From: Vicinamibacteria bacterium
GTDB lineage: Bacteria > Acidobacteriota > Vicinamibacteria > Vicinamibacterales > UBA8438
DNA length: 47,651 nucleotides
NCBI GenBank assembly: GCA_963577695.1
Contig: CAUZAY010000003.1
Coordinates: forward strand, 1-47,651
Reading direction: 5' to 3'
Shown here one piece after another: positions 17,196 through 25,461 of this stretch. Under the pieces are notes generated by a model. That model had not been told where the DNA came from and searched no databases. It worked only from the letters and a program-made list of their open reading frames with translations. Positions within the stretch are counted from its first letter, which is position 1, and each line of letters opens with the position of its first letter. A program made the position numbers and the translations under genes.

Positions 17196-17838
17196 GTGGG
17201 AGACCCCCGGCTTTGCCGGGGCGGCCGGCAGTGTTTGACGTATCCGGGAGTCGTGTGAGGAACTCCCCCCCGTGAGCCGCTGAAGCATCACGAGAGGGAG
17301 TCCTCAAGGACGCACTCCCGAAGTCTCAATCATACGAAATGGCATTGCCAGTATCACGTGGTATTCATCCCGAAGTATCGGAAAAAGGCGATCGATGGGC
17401 AGCTCCGGGCGTACTGGGGCGACGTGTTCCGGCAGTTGGCCCGGCACCGCGAGAGTCAGGTGGAGGAGGGACACCTGCTGGCGGACCACGTGCACCTGCT
17501 GGTGTCGCTTCCCCCGAAATACTCGGTGTCACAGGTGATCGGGTACATCAAGGGGAAGAGCGCGATCCAGATCGCCCGGGAGTTTGCGGACCGGGGGCGC
17601 AATTTCGCCGGACAGCACTTTTGGGCGCGCGGGTACTTCGTGTCGACGGTCGGTCGGGATGAAGGCGTGATCCGGGCATACATCCAGCAGCAGGAGCGAG
17701 AGGATCAGCGACTCGACAAGTTGCCGTTGGAGTAGGGGAGCCACCTTCAGATGGCGCAAGTGACCGCGTCGCGGTCACGTCAGGCCGCTTTGAGCGGCTC
17801 ACAGTTAAAGCCCCCGGCTTTGCCGGGGGATACTGACT
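17196..17838 (+). mobile_element. IS200/IS605-family element (tnpA only)
   Basis: Near-identical subterminal hairpins CCCCGGC-TTT-GCCGGGG at ~17204-17221 and ~17811-17829 flank a Y1 transposase; no tnpB. Ends approximate. Confidence 0.88.
17307..17735 (+). CDS. tnpA: IS200-family Y1 HUH transposase (start codon apparently lost)
   Basis: SLNHTKWHCQYHVVFIPKYRKK, DHVH (HUH), IKGKS, FWARGYFVSTVG and YIQQQ catalytic Tyr. AGG sits where ATG is expected; first GTG at 17358. Confidence 0.88.
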   Translation, partial: RTHSRSLNHTKWHCQYHVVFIPKYRKKAIDGQLRAYWGDVFRQLARHRESQVEEGHLLADHVHLLVSLPPKYSVSQVIGYIKGKSAIQIAREFADRGRNFAGQHFWARGYFVSTVGRDEGVIRAYIQQQEREDQRLDKLPLE

Positions 17839-18069
17839 GCAGTGCCCGCGTGAGATGGCCGATTCGGGCTTGGGCCCGCGACAAAAGTCGTCTACCATGC
17901 GACCGTGGGGTCTGAGCGTGCGGCCAGCAACAAGCAGGCCTGTCGCCAATCGCGTCGGGCGCGCGACAATGCGCGCGCCGCGGCCGCGGAGTGGGGCACT
18001 CGGGGTCCCCGCAGAGCGGCCGCGTGGGGTTCGGGGCGCAGCCCCGTCTAAAGTATGGAGAGCGTAATC

Positions 18070-19539
18070 ATGCGAGTACGAATCGCGGTGAGTGTGACGG
18101 TGTTGGGACTGTTGTGGGCCGGTATTCCGGCGGCCTCCGCGGCCGAGTCACCTACCTACAACCAGGATGTCGGCCCGATTCTGCTCGAGAATTGCGCGAG
18201 TTGCCATCGACCGAATCAGGTGGCGCCGATGTCGCTGCTGTCCTACCAGGACGCGCGGCCCTGGGCCCGGGCAATCAAGTCGAAAGTGGCGTCGCGCGAG
18301 ATGCCGCCCTGGTTCGCCGACCCCAGCTACGGCACGTTTTCCAACGACATCAGTTTGACCGACGACGAGATTGCGACGATTTCGGCGTGGGTGGACGCAG
18401 GGTCGCCCGAGGGTGATGGCCCGACCCCAGAGGCGCCGCGGTTCTCCGACGCGGGATGGAGTCATCCGTCAGGGACCGAGCCCGACTATGTGATCGAGTT
18501 TCCGATTTCGTGGGAAGTGCCGGCAGACGGGGAGACCCCCAATTTCAACCTGTACACGCCATTGCCGTTCAACGACGTGTTGCGGGTGTCAGCTACCCAG
18601 GTGCGGCCGGGCAACTACGCGGCCACGCATCACATCACGACCGGGCTCGTGAACATGCCGCCCGGCAAGGTACTGGGCACCGGTCCGGCGTGGTCCGGGG
18701 GGCCGATCGTGGATTATGTGCCGGTGCCTGACCCGGACGCCGATCCGGCCGCGCTGGCCACCCCGGCGGGACGGCCCCAGGGCGGGCGGCGCGCGCTGGA
18801 CCCCGAGGCACGCGAGGAGGCGGCCGCCCAACGTGCCGGATTCGGGCCCTACATCCCAGGCGTTGGCGCCGACGTCGCCCGTGCCGGTCAGGTTCGCGAG
18901 ATTCGCGGCGACCTTTTCGACTATGTCATCTGGAACCTCCACTATCAGGCCACCGGCAAACTGGAGCGTGCGCGACCGTCGATTGGGGCATGGATTGCGA
19001 CCGAACAAAGCACCCAACGGGTCCGCAGTCTGGGTCTGAGAGAGGCGACCTCGGAGGGTCGGCAACTCGTGGCCGCGCCCCCGTTGACGGCGGAGGAGCG
19101 CGCGCTCGCCGGTCCCCGCCAGGTCGGTCAGGGACTGAACCCGACGCTGGACGCGATTCCGCCGAACGCAGGGAACTGGACGGTGACCGGGGTCGGCGCC
19201 TTCCAGAACGACGCGGTCATTCAGAGCCTGTTTGTCCACGCGCACGTGCGTGGCAAGGACTTCACCTGGCTGCTGACCTATCCGGACGGACGGGAAGAAG
19301 TCTTGCTGCGTGTCCCGAACTACAACTTCGACTGGCAGTTCGAGTATGAGCTGGCCGAACCCCTCCGCGTGCCGGCCGGAAGCACCGTCAAGTCGATTGC
19401 CCGATACGACAACTCCCGGAACAACCGCCGCAATCCGGCACCGCAGAAGGAAGTGTACTGGTCGGAACAGAGCTGGGACGACATGTATCTGACCAACGTG
19501 CGGTACACAAACGCGGACGAGACCAGTAGCGAAAACTAG
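18070..19539 (+). CDS. Secreted cytochrome c / copper type II (PHM/DBH-like) monooxygenase fusion
   Basis: Signal peptide; CASCH...MPPW heme domain; ATHHIT, NLHY, HAHVRGK, YNFDWQFEY and WDDM copper-site motifs. Confidence 0.8.
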   Translation: MRVRIAVSVTVLGLLWAGIPAASAAESPTYNQDVGPILLENCASCHRPNQVAPMSLLSYQDARPWARAIKSKVASREMPPWFADPSYGTFSNDISLTDDEIATISAWVDAGSPEGDGPTPEAPRFSDAGWSHPSGTEPDYVIEFPISWEVPADGETPNFNLYTPLPFNDVLRVSATQVRPGNYAATHHITTGLVNMPPGKVLGTGPAWSGGPIVDYVPVPDPDADPAALATPAGRPQGGRRALDPEAREEAAAQRAGFGPYIPGVGADVARAGQVREIRGDLFDYVIWNLHYQATGKLERARPSIGAWIATEQSTQRVRSLGLREATSEGRQLVAAPPLTAEERALAGPRQVGQGLNPTLDAIPPNAGNWTVTGVGAFQNDAVIQSLFVHAHVRGKDFTWLLTYPDGREEVLLRVPNYNFDWQFEYELAEPLRVPAGSTVKSIARYDNSRNNRRNPAPQKEVYWSEQSWDDMYLTNVRYTNADETSSEN

Positions 19540-19554
19540 TACTGAGCCAGATCG

Positions 19555-20040
19555 ATGTGCCACCGGGTTGGGCTGGGGATAGTCGTGGCGCTGGCGTTGT
19601 GGCCAGCTGGGCCAGTTGCGTCGGTCGCGGCCACCGGTCAGGCGCAGCCTGCGGCGCGACGGAAGCCGCAGGTCGAGATGGTGCAGGTGGTCGGCTGCGT
19701 TGAAGAGCGAACTGGAAACGGCTGGTGGCTGACGCGCGCCTCCGAGCCGGTGGTCAGTCCCGCTGGGGTCTTCAACCAGGATCAAGTAGACGCCGTGCTG
19801 GCGGCGCTGGAACTCGGGACACGGGAGCTCCAACTGGTCGGTGTCGCCGACTTTCTCGATGCCGAGGGGTTGCTGGCGACCGGGAATCGGGCGGACTTCA
19901 CGTCAGCGGATCAGGTCAATGCCACCGGCGAGTTGCGCCCGGGGCGCACCGTCCTTGTGAAAGGACTCCTGATTGAGAGCGATGACGTGTCCCGCGTCAA
20001 TCTCACCACCGTAGTCGGGCTCTCCGACCGTTGCCCATAG
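19555..20040 (+). CDS. Hypothetical secreted protein
   Basis: Signal peptide, VVGCV...W.LTRA...V.VKG..C pattern with a Cys pair; 15 nt after the previous gene. Confidence 0.65.
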   Translation: MCHRVGLGIVVALALWPAGPVASVAATGQAQPAARRKPQVEMVQVVGCVEERTGNGWWLTRASEPVVSPAGVFNQDQVDAVLAALELGTRELQLVGVADFLDAEGLLATGNRADFTSADQVNATGELRPGRTVLVKGLLIESDDVSRVNLTTVVGLSDRCP

Positions 20041-20055
20041 CGCCGGTTCCTTGCC

Positions 20056-20772
20056 ATGACCGTGTTGTGTCGATGTGCTCGATTGTGCGGGTCCCTCGTG
20101 CTGATCGCGGTGGCGGGGTTGGCGCCGCCGGTGGCGGCTCAGACGCGGGCCCAGGTCGAGGCGGAGCCGATTGTGAAGCTGCGCGCCGGAGAGACCCTCG
20201 TCCCGGGCCAATGTCTCACGCGCGAAGAGCTAGATCTCCTGGCCGGCTTGAACGCGTTGCGTCGCCCCACGGTCGGGGTGGAAGGGGACGGGGACGATCC
20301 GGCTCCGTTCGACCCGCACTACTTCGTCGGCAGCTGGGAGGTCGAAGGCGTGCTCCCCGACTCGCCGCTTGGTGAGGCTGGCGAGTTCTACGGTACCGAG
20401 ACGGTCCGCCATGTCGACGGGTGCTCATACGAAAGTACGATTGACGCGACCTCGCTGGACACCCCGGTGACGGTGTCGGTGCGCACGGAGTACGACCGGC
20501 GAGCGCAGTATCTGGTCCGGCTCGAGGACGACAGCCGCGGCGTTCAGCAGATGAAAGTCGGACGCGTCGGTGGCGATCCTGGCGGATATTTCTCGCACCA
20601 CTGGAAGGCCGCGCCAGTCACCGGCCAAGGCCAGCAGATCCGGCTCGCGGGCCGAACCTTCATTACCTCCCCTGACAACTATGAAGTGCAGATGCGCATC
20701 GCCATCGACGGCGGCGAGTTTGCCAACTTCGGCCGCCTCCGGTGGCGCCGCGTCCTCGAAGCCGCGCCGTAG
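20056..20772 (+). CDS. Hypothetical secreted protein (possible beta-barrel)
   Basis: Signal peptide, YFVGSWEVEG lipocalin-like GxW motif; co-oriented with tight spacing. Confidence 0.65.
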   Translation: MTVLCRCARLCGSLVLIAVAGLAPPVAAQTRAQVEAEPIVKLRAGETLVPGQCLTREELDLLAGLNALRRPTVGVEGDGDDPAPFDPHYFVGSWEVEGVLPDSPLGEAGEFYGTETVRHVDGCSYESTIDATSLDTPVTVSVRTEYDRRAQYLVRLEDDSRGVQQMKVGRVGGDPGGYFSHHWKAAPVTGQGQQIRLAGRTFITSPDNYEVQMRIAIDGGEFANFGRLRWRRVLEAAP

Positions 20773-20798
20773 GTGTTGAGCCCGAGTCCTTCGGCTTA

Positions 20799-20956
20799 GG
20801 GCTCTGACCAAAACAAACTGGCCACCTGGGCCGCCGGGGCATCCCACCCGCCGACGTTGTTCGTCGCTTGCATACTCCCGGTATGCGCGCTCCTCGCGCC
20901 TTGTCGGGCGGGCGCCGCGACGCCCCAAGATGGCCAGTTTATTTTGGTCAGAGCCC
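20799..20956. mobile_element. 158-bp MITE with 26-bp TIRs and TTA target duplication
   Basis: GGGCTCTGACCAAAA(C/T)AAACTGGCCA at both ends (25/26 match), TTA on both sides (20796-20798, 20957-20959), inner hairpin GCATAC-TCCCG-GTATGC, no credible ORF. Confidence 0.88.
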
Positions 20957-21373
20957 TTAGTCGCGATCCGGAATCACGGGGAGCACTGCCGATACCACCA
21001 CGCGCGCGCCGTCCAGCGCCCGGGTGGCGTCGTCGCGCGAGTAGAACGTCGATGGAGTCAGATCCTCGGCGCCATAGAACGCCAGCTCGCGGTCACGCCT
21101 GAGTTCACGCGACACAGCCGCAAGTTCTTCAACCCGGGTTGCCAGCGCCGGCGGCAGACGCGTTCGCTCGGCGAGCAGCACGTCCGACACATCGTGCAGA
21201 CGCGGCGCCTCGACGCCGACGCGCCGAAGCAACCCCTTGAGCGCCAGTTCAACCGCTTCTTGAGACTCGCGGACCACATCAGCCCAACTCTCTGCCTCGA
21301 AGAGCACGTCGAGCGCGCGCAGGCGGACTGCCGCACGCCGAATGTAGTCTTCCGCAAGGTCTCTGTTTTTCAT
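20957..21373 (-). CDS. HEPN-domain protein (putative toxin)
   Basis: LAEDYIRRA...VVRESQEAVELALKGLL...PRLHDV...RELAFYG helical HEPN pattern; directly downstream of the MNT gene. Confidence 0.85.
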   Translation of the reverse strand: MKNRDLAEDYIRRAAVRLRALDVLFEAESWADVVRESQEAVELALKGLLRRVGVEAPRLHDVSDVLLAERTRLPPALATRVEELAAVSRELRRDRELAFYGAEDLTPSTFYSRDDATRALDGARVVVSAVLPVIPDRD

Positions 21374-21400
21374 CCGTCGTCGCTGCTGTGCCGGCCTCGG

Positions 21401-21979
21401 TCAGGCCGCCTCCGTCCAGTAGGGTTGTCCATGCGCCGTGCGCCGAACAATGCGGCCCGCCAGCATGTCCCGCCGTACCTGCGCCAGCCGCCTCGAGAGC
21501 GTCAGGTCGCGTTCAAACAGCAGGATCCCATCGAGTGAGACCTCCGCCCAGAGCCCCGCGACGACCGTGTCCGGGGCGGCAAACTGGACGAAGTGTGGCT
21601 CGACGGGGTGACCGTCCCAGGCGTCGGCCGCCTGGTCCCACCGACGATAGAGGGCTCGGGTGATCTCGATGACGGGGTCTACGACGATCAACAGGTCGAC
21701 GTCGGACCCGGCGGAGGCCTCCTGCCTGGCCCAGGAGCCGAAGACGGCGACGCCGACCAGGTGGTCGCCAAAGAGACTCGCGGCGTGCGTCACCGCGTAC
21801 GCGCCGCCGTCAATCACCGAGATGTCGCCCAGCGGGGCAGTAAGCTTCCGGGCGCAGTAGTCGTTCAACGACAGACCGGCCGCGGCGGCCGCGCCACGTA
21901 ACGCCTCGTGAAGACCCGGGGGCAGTCGTAGGAGAAACCGCCCCGAAGCCTGACGTGCTGGCGATGTGATATCAGACAT
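21401..21979 (-). CDS. HicB-like ribbon-helix-helix fused to minimal nucleotidyltransferase (MNT antitoxin)
   Basis: SGRFLLRLPPGLHEALRGAAAAAGLSLNDYC (RHH) followed by FGSWARQEASAGSDVDLLIV (GSx10DxD). Confidence 0.85.
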   Translation of the reverse strand: MSDITSPARQASGRFLLRLPPGLHEALRGAAAAAGLSLNDYCARKLTAPLGDISVIDGGAYAVTHAASLFGDHLVGVAVFGSWARQEASAGSDVDLLIVVDPVIEITRALYRRWDQAADAWDGHPVEPHFVQFAAPDTVVAGLWAEVSLDGILLFERDLTLSRRLAQVRRDMLAGRIVRRTAHGQPYWTEAA

Positions 21980-22050
21980 ACGTACGTTGATACTATCTCG
22001 TTCCGCGCGCTGAGGACAGTCTGCTGTCGATCGCCCACGGTGCGTCGGGT

Positions 22051-22818
22051 CTACGCCGCCGACGCTCCCGAGGGCCGCTGTCGGAACAGCCAGACGACAT
22101 CGAGGGCGAACGACGCGAGCAGCAGGGCCAGTGCGGCGCCGGCGGCGGCGATCGCCAGTGGGATCGGAATGATCGGGCCCAGGCAGACCAGCAGCACGAT
22201 GCCCTGCACGACACAGCCGGCCTTGCGTCGAAATCGTTGTGGCAGCGGCGCGCGCAGCCACGCGAGGCGCCAGCCCGCGACCACGAATAGATAGCGAGGC
22301 AGCCCGAGCAGCACCACCCACGGACCCACGCGACCGCTGCGCCAGACCAATGCGGCGAGGATGAGCATCAAGAACGAATCGAGCTCCATATCGAAGCGGG
22401 CGCCGAATGCGGTGGCGCTGTTGGTTCGTCGGGCGACCCAGCCGTCTACTCCGTCGAGACACAGGGCCAGCGTGGCCAGAGCGATGATGAACCAGTGGCC
22501 TCCGTCGAATTGGACTTCCGGGTGTGGGACCAGCGCCGCGAGGGGAAGCACCAGCATGGCCCGGCCGAGCGTGACCTGATTGGCGGGCCCCAGCCCGGTC
22601 CCCGGTGGTTGCGGCGGAAGATGACGAAGGAGCAGCGCCGAGGTCAACCCGAACAGCGCCACCGCCCGAAGCAGGTAGGTTGGCGGAAGATTGAACGCCC
22701 ACGCGATGCCACCGGCCACGACCAGCAGGAGCATCGCTCCGACGCCGAGATCGAGGAATGCGCCGTGGCGTCCCGAGGGGGCGGTCCTCGCTCGCCTGGG
22801 CGTCGGGTCGCGGAGCAT
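22051..22818 (-). CDS. CDP-alcohol phosphatidyltransferase family protein
   Basis: GPANQVTLGR and complete DGVDGWVARR...FGARFDMELD signature; multiple TM helices. Confidence 0.9.
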   Translation of the reverse strand: MLRDPTPRRARTAPSGRHGAFLDLGVGAMLLLVVAGGIAWAFNLPPTYLLRAVALFGLTSALLLRHLPPQPPGTGLGPANQVTLGRAMLVLPLAALVPHPEVQFDGGHWFIIALATLALCLDGVDGWVARRTNSATAFGARFDMELDSFLMLILAALVWRSGRVGPWVVLLGLPRYLFVVAGWRLAWLRAPLPQRFRRKAGCVVQGIVLLVCLGPIIPIPLAIAAAGAALALLLASFALDVVWLFRQRPSGASAA

Positions 22819-22987
22819 AGAGTGTCTGGTCTGACGTGATATCGGAGCCGAGATCTGTTTTGGCGTCTGGTTTGAAGTAACGTTCAGTGAGTTGGCGGCC
22901 GCTCCAGGCGCCTCCGCGCAGAGTCGGCCTGGACCGGAGGCCCGCGTCGTCGCCGAGGCAACCACGACCCACGTGATCTAGCCAGTT

Positions 22988-23971
22988 ATGTCCGAGCCCA
23001 TTATCGCTCACCAATTCTGGATTCAGTCGCCGGGCCACGGCGAGATCGTGCGGGCGACGCTGGGGCCAGCCCAGGAGGGCGACCTGTTGGTGCACGCGCG
23101 ATACTCCGGCATCAGCCGCGGTACCGAATCACTGGTCTTCCGGGGCGAGGTTCCGGCGTCCCAGTACGACGAGATGCGCGCGCCCTTCCAGGAGGGTGAG
23201 TTTCCTGGGCCGGTGAAGTACGGCTACTCCAGCGTCGGTGATGTGGTCGAGGGGCCGGTGGAGTGGCGTGGGCGCACGGTGTTCTGTCTGTTCCCCCATC
23301 AAGACCGCTACCGGGTGCCCGCCGTCGCCGTGACCCCGCTGCCGGCGGGTCTGCCTGCGGGTCGGGCGGTGCTGGCCGCGAACATGGAAACCGCCGTGAA
23401 CGTGGCCTGGGATGCCCGGCCGTCGGTGGGCGACCGGATTGTCGTGATCGGTGGCGGGGTCGTGGGGTTGCTCGTCGCCTGGCTGTTTCGGCAGATGGCC
23501 GGTGTCGACCTGACCGTCGTTGATGTGAATCCCGCACGTGCGGCGATCGCCGATGCGCTCGGCCTCCGATGCGTGACGACACCGCCCGTGGACGTCGATG
23601 CGGATCTGGTGGTCCACGCGAGCGGCCGGCCGGAGGGGGCGGTGACCGCGCTGAGCGTGGCCGGGGTCGAAGCCACGGTCGTGGAGGCAAGCTGGTACGG
23701 GACACGAGAGGTCGCGTTGCCGCTGGGGGAGCGGTTTCACGCGCGGCGTCTCACGTTGCGGAGCAGCCAGGTGGGTCGGTTATCTCCAACGCACGCTCCG
23801 CGCTGGACTCATGCCCGGCGATTGTCGCTGGCGCTCGACCTGTTGCGCGCGCCTGAACTCGATACCCTGATCTCGGGCGAGAGCCGCTTCGACGAGCTAC
23901 CGGCGGTCATGGCCTCCGTGGCTCGAGAACCGGGGGACACGCTGTGCCACCGGATACGGTATGAATCATGA
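22988..23971 (+). CDS. MDR-family NAD(P)-dependent oxidoreductase lacking canonical Zn ligands
   Basis: GroES-like domain with SGISRGTE and GYSSVG in place of CxxD/GHE; Rossmann GGGVVG; SSQVG. Confidence 0.85.
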   Translation: MSEPIIAHQFWIQSPGHGEIVRATLGPAQEGDLLVHARYSGISRGTESLVFRGEVPASQYDEMRAPFQEGEFPGPVKYGYSSVGDVVEGPVEWRGRTVFCLFPHQDRYRVPAVAVTPLPAGLPAGRAVLAANMETAVNVAWDARPSVGDRIVVIGGGVVGLLVAWLFRQMAGVDLTVVDVNPARAAIADALGLRCVTTPPVDVDADLVVHASGRPEGAVTALSVAGVEATVVEASWYGTREVALPLGERFHARRLTLRSSQVGRLSPTHAPRWTHARRLSLALDLLRAPELDTLISGESRFDELPAVMASVAREPGDTLCHRIRYES

Positions 23972-23986
23972 CCTTACGGAGGACGT

Positions 23987-24385
23987 GTGTACAGCCTTAA
24001 CGTTCGCGATCACTTCATGATCGCGCATAGCTTTCGGGGCGAAGCATTCGGTCCCGCCCAGCAGCTGCATGGGGCCACCTACGTCGTCGACGCGACGTTC
24101 CGTCGCCGGGAACTGGACAGCGACGGCCTGGTGGTCGACATCGGCCGGGCGAGCGAACATCTACGCACGATTCTGGCCGGCCTGTCGTACCGTAATCTGG
24201 ATGACGAACCGGCGTTCGCCGGGCAGAACACGACCACCGAGTTCCTCGCCCGGACCATCTTCGATCGTCTGGCGCAGGCGGCACGAGATGGTTCCCTGGG
24301 CGACGGTGCGCGCGGGGTGACGGCGATTTGCGTCACGCTGAACGAATCGCATGTGGCCTGGGGGAGCTACGAAGGCCAGGTGTGA
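23987..24385 (+). CDS. 6-pyruvoyl-tetrahydropterin synthase-like T-fold protein (COG0720, PTPS-IV-like)
   Basis: [33 protein letters not shown] and LNES motifs; no CxxxHGH; GGAGG RBS. Confidence 0.88.
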   Translation: MYSLNVRDHFMIAHSFRGEAFGPAQQLHGATYVVDATFRRRELDSDGLVVDIGRASEHLRTILAGLSYRNLDDEPAFAGQNTTTEFLARTIFDRLAQAARDGSLGDGARGVTAICVTLNESHVAWGSYEGQV

Positions 24386-25461
24386 CACCGCCGGAGCTGC
24401 ACGTCGTTGTCCCGGGGCCAATAGATCAGCGCACCGGCGGCTACATCTATGACGCGCGCATCGTGGTGGGGCTCCGCGAGCTGGGGTGGTCTGTTGTGGT
24501 CCACTCCGTAGACGGTGCGTTTCCCGGCCCGGACCCGGTCGCGCGGTCCAGCCTGATGTCGACGCTCGCCGCCATTCCAACCGGCCGGCGCGTGGTGATC
24601 GACGGACTGGCGATGGGCGCGCTCCCGGAGCCGGTGCACGCCGAGGCGGGACGCCTCAGGGTGGTGTCGCTCGTTCACCACCCGTTGGCCGACGAGACCG
24701 GTCTTGATGCCGAAGCCCGACACAGGTTCAGCGCGCTCGAGCGAGACGCGTTGTCCGCCTGCGTGGGCGTGCTGGTGACGAGTGCGTTCACGGCCCGGCG
24801 CCTCGAGCAGTACGGCGTGGAGGCCGAGCGTGTGCGGACGGTGTATCCCGGCACGGATCGATGCCGGCCGGCGGTGGGGCCTGGGCGCAACGTGCCTCCC
24901 GCATTGTTGTGCGTCGGGTCCGTGACGCCTCGCAAGGGACACGACGTGCTGGCGCGCGCCCTGGCCCGCTTGCGACACCTGCCCTGGACCTGCGTCTGTG
25001 CCGGCAGTCTCGCGCCGGCGCCGGGCTACGCGGAGGTGGTGCACCGTCTGATCCGCGACGCGCGGCTCGACGAACGGGTGCAGTTGATAGGGGAGTGTGA
25101 CGCGGGCCGCCTCGACGCGCTTTACCATCACGCGTCCCTGTTCGTGCTGCCGTCGCATTACGAGGGCTACGGGATGGCCCTGAGCGATGCCTTGGCTCGG
25201 GGGCTGGGGGTGGTCAGCACCACGGGCGGTGCCATCCCGCACACCGTACCGAGTGATGCCGGCGCGCTGGTGCCCCCGGGCGACGATGTCGCGCTGACGG
25301 CAGCGCTTCGCGACCTCTTGGCGGAGCCAGGGGGGGGCGAGCGGCGTGCGGCCCTGGCTGCCGCGGCCTGCCGCCACGCCGAGACGCTCCCGCGATGGGA
25401 CCAGGCCGCCCTGCGTTTCGCGGCCGCCGTGCAGGAGCTGACACCTGATGGAAACGTTTGA
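24382..25461 (+). CDS. Glycosyltransferase family 4
   Basis: [33 protein letters not shown] (Ex7D variant); GTG overlaps the upstream TGA. Confidence 0.88.
   Translation: MTPPELHVVVPGPIDQRTGGYIYDARIVVGLRELGWSVVVHSVDGAFPGPDPVARSSLMSTLAAIPTGRRVVIDGLAMGALPEPVHAEAGRLRVVSLVHHPLADETGLDAEARHRFSALERDALSACVGVLVTSAFTARRLEQYGVEAERVRTVYPGTDRCRPAVGPGRNVPPALLCVGSVTPRKGHDVLARALARLRHLPWTCVCAGSLAPAPGYAEVVHRLIRDARLDERVQLIGECDAGRLDALYHHASLFVLPSHYEGYGMALSDALARGLGVVSTTGGAIPHTVPSDAGALVPPGDDVALTAALRDLLAEPGGGERRAALAAAACRHAETLPRWDQAALRFAAAVQELTPDGNV

Noticed and set aside
17736-18069. tnpB or omega-RNA downstream of tnpA
   Set aside because: The right-end hairpin follows ~75 nt after the tnpA stop and there is no RuvC-like ORF. 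The GC hairpin at 18032-18046 is a single copy here.
21980-23095. 372-aa N-terminal extension of the MNT ORF
   Set aside because: It overlaps the CDP-alcohol transferase in another frame and has low-complexity composition; ATG 21979 gives a coherent protein.
23987-24385. queD / 7-deazaguanine pathway
   Set aside because: The CxxxHGH motif is missing, and there are no folE, queE, queC or dpd genes nearby.
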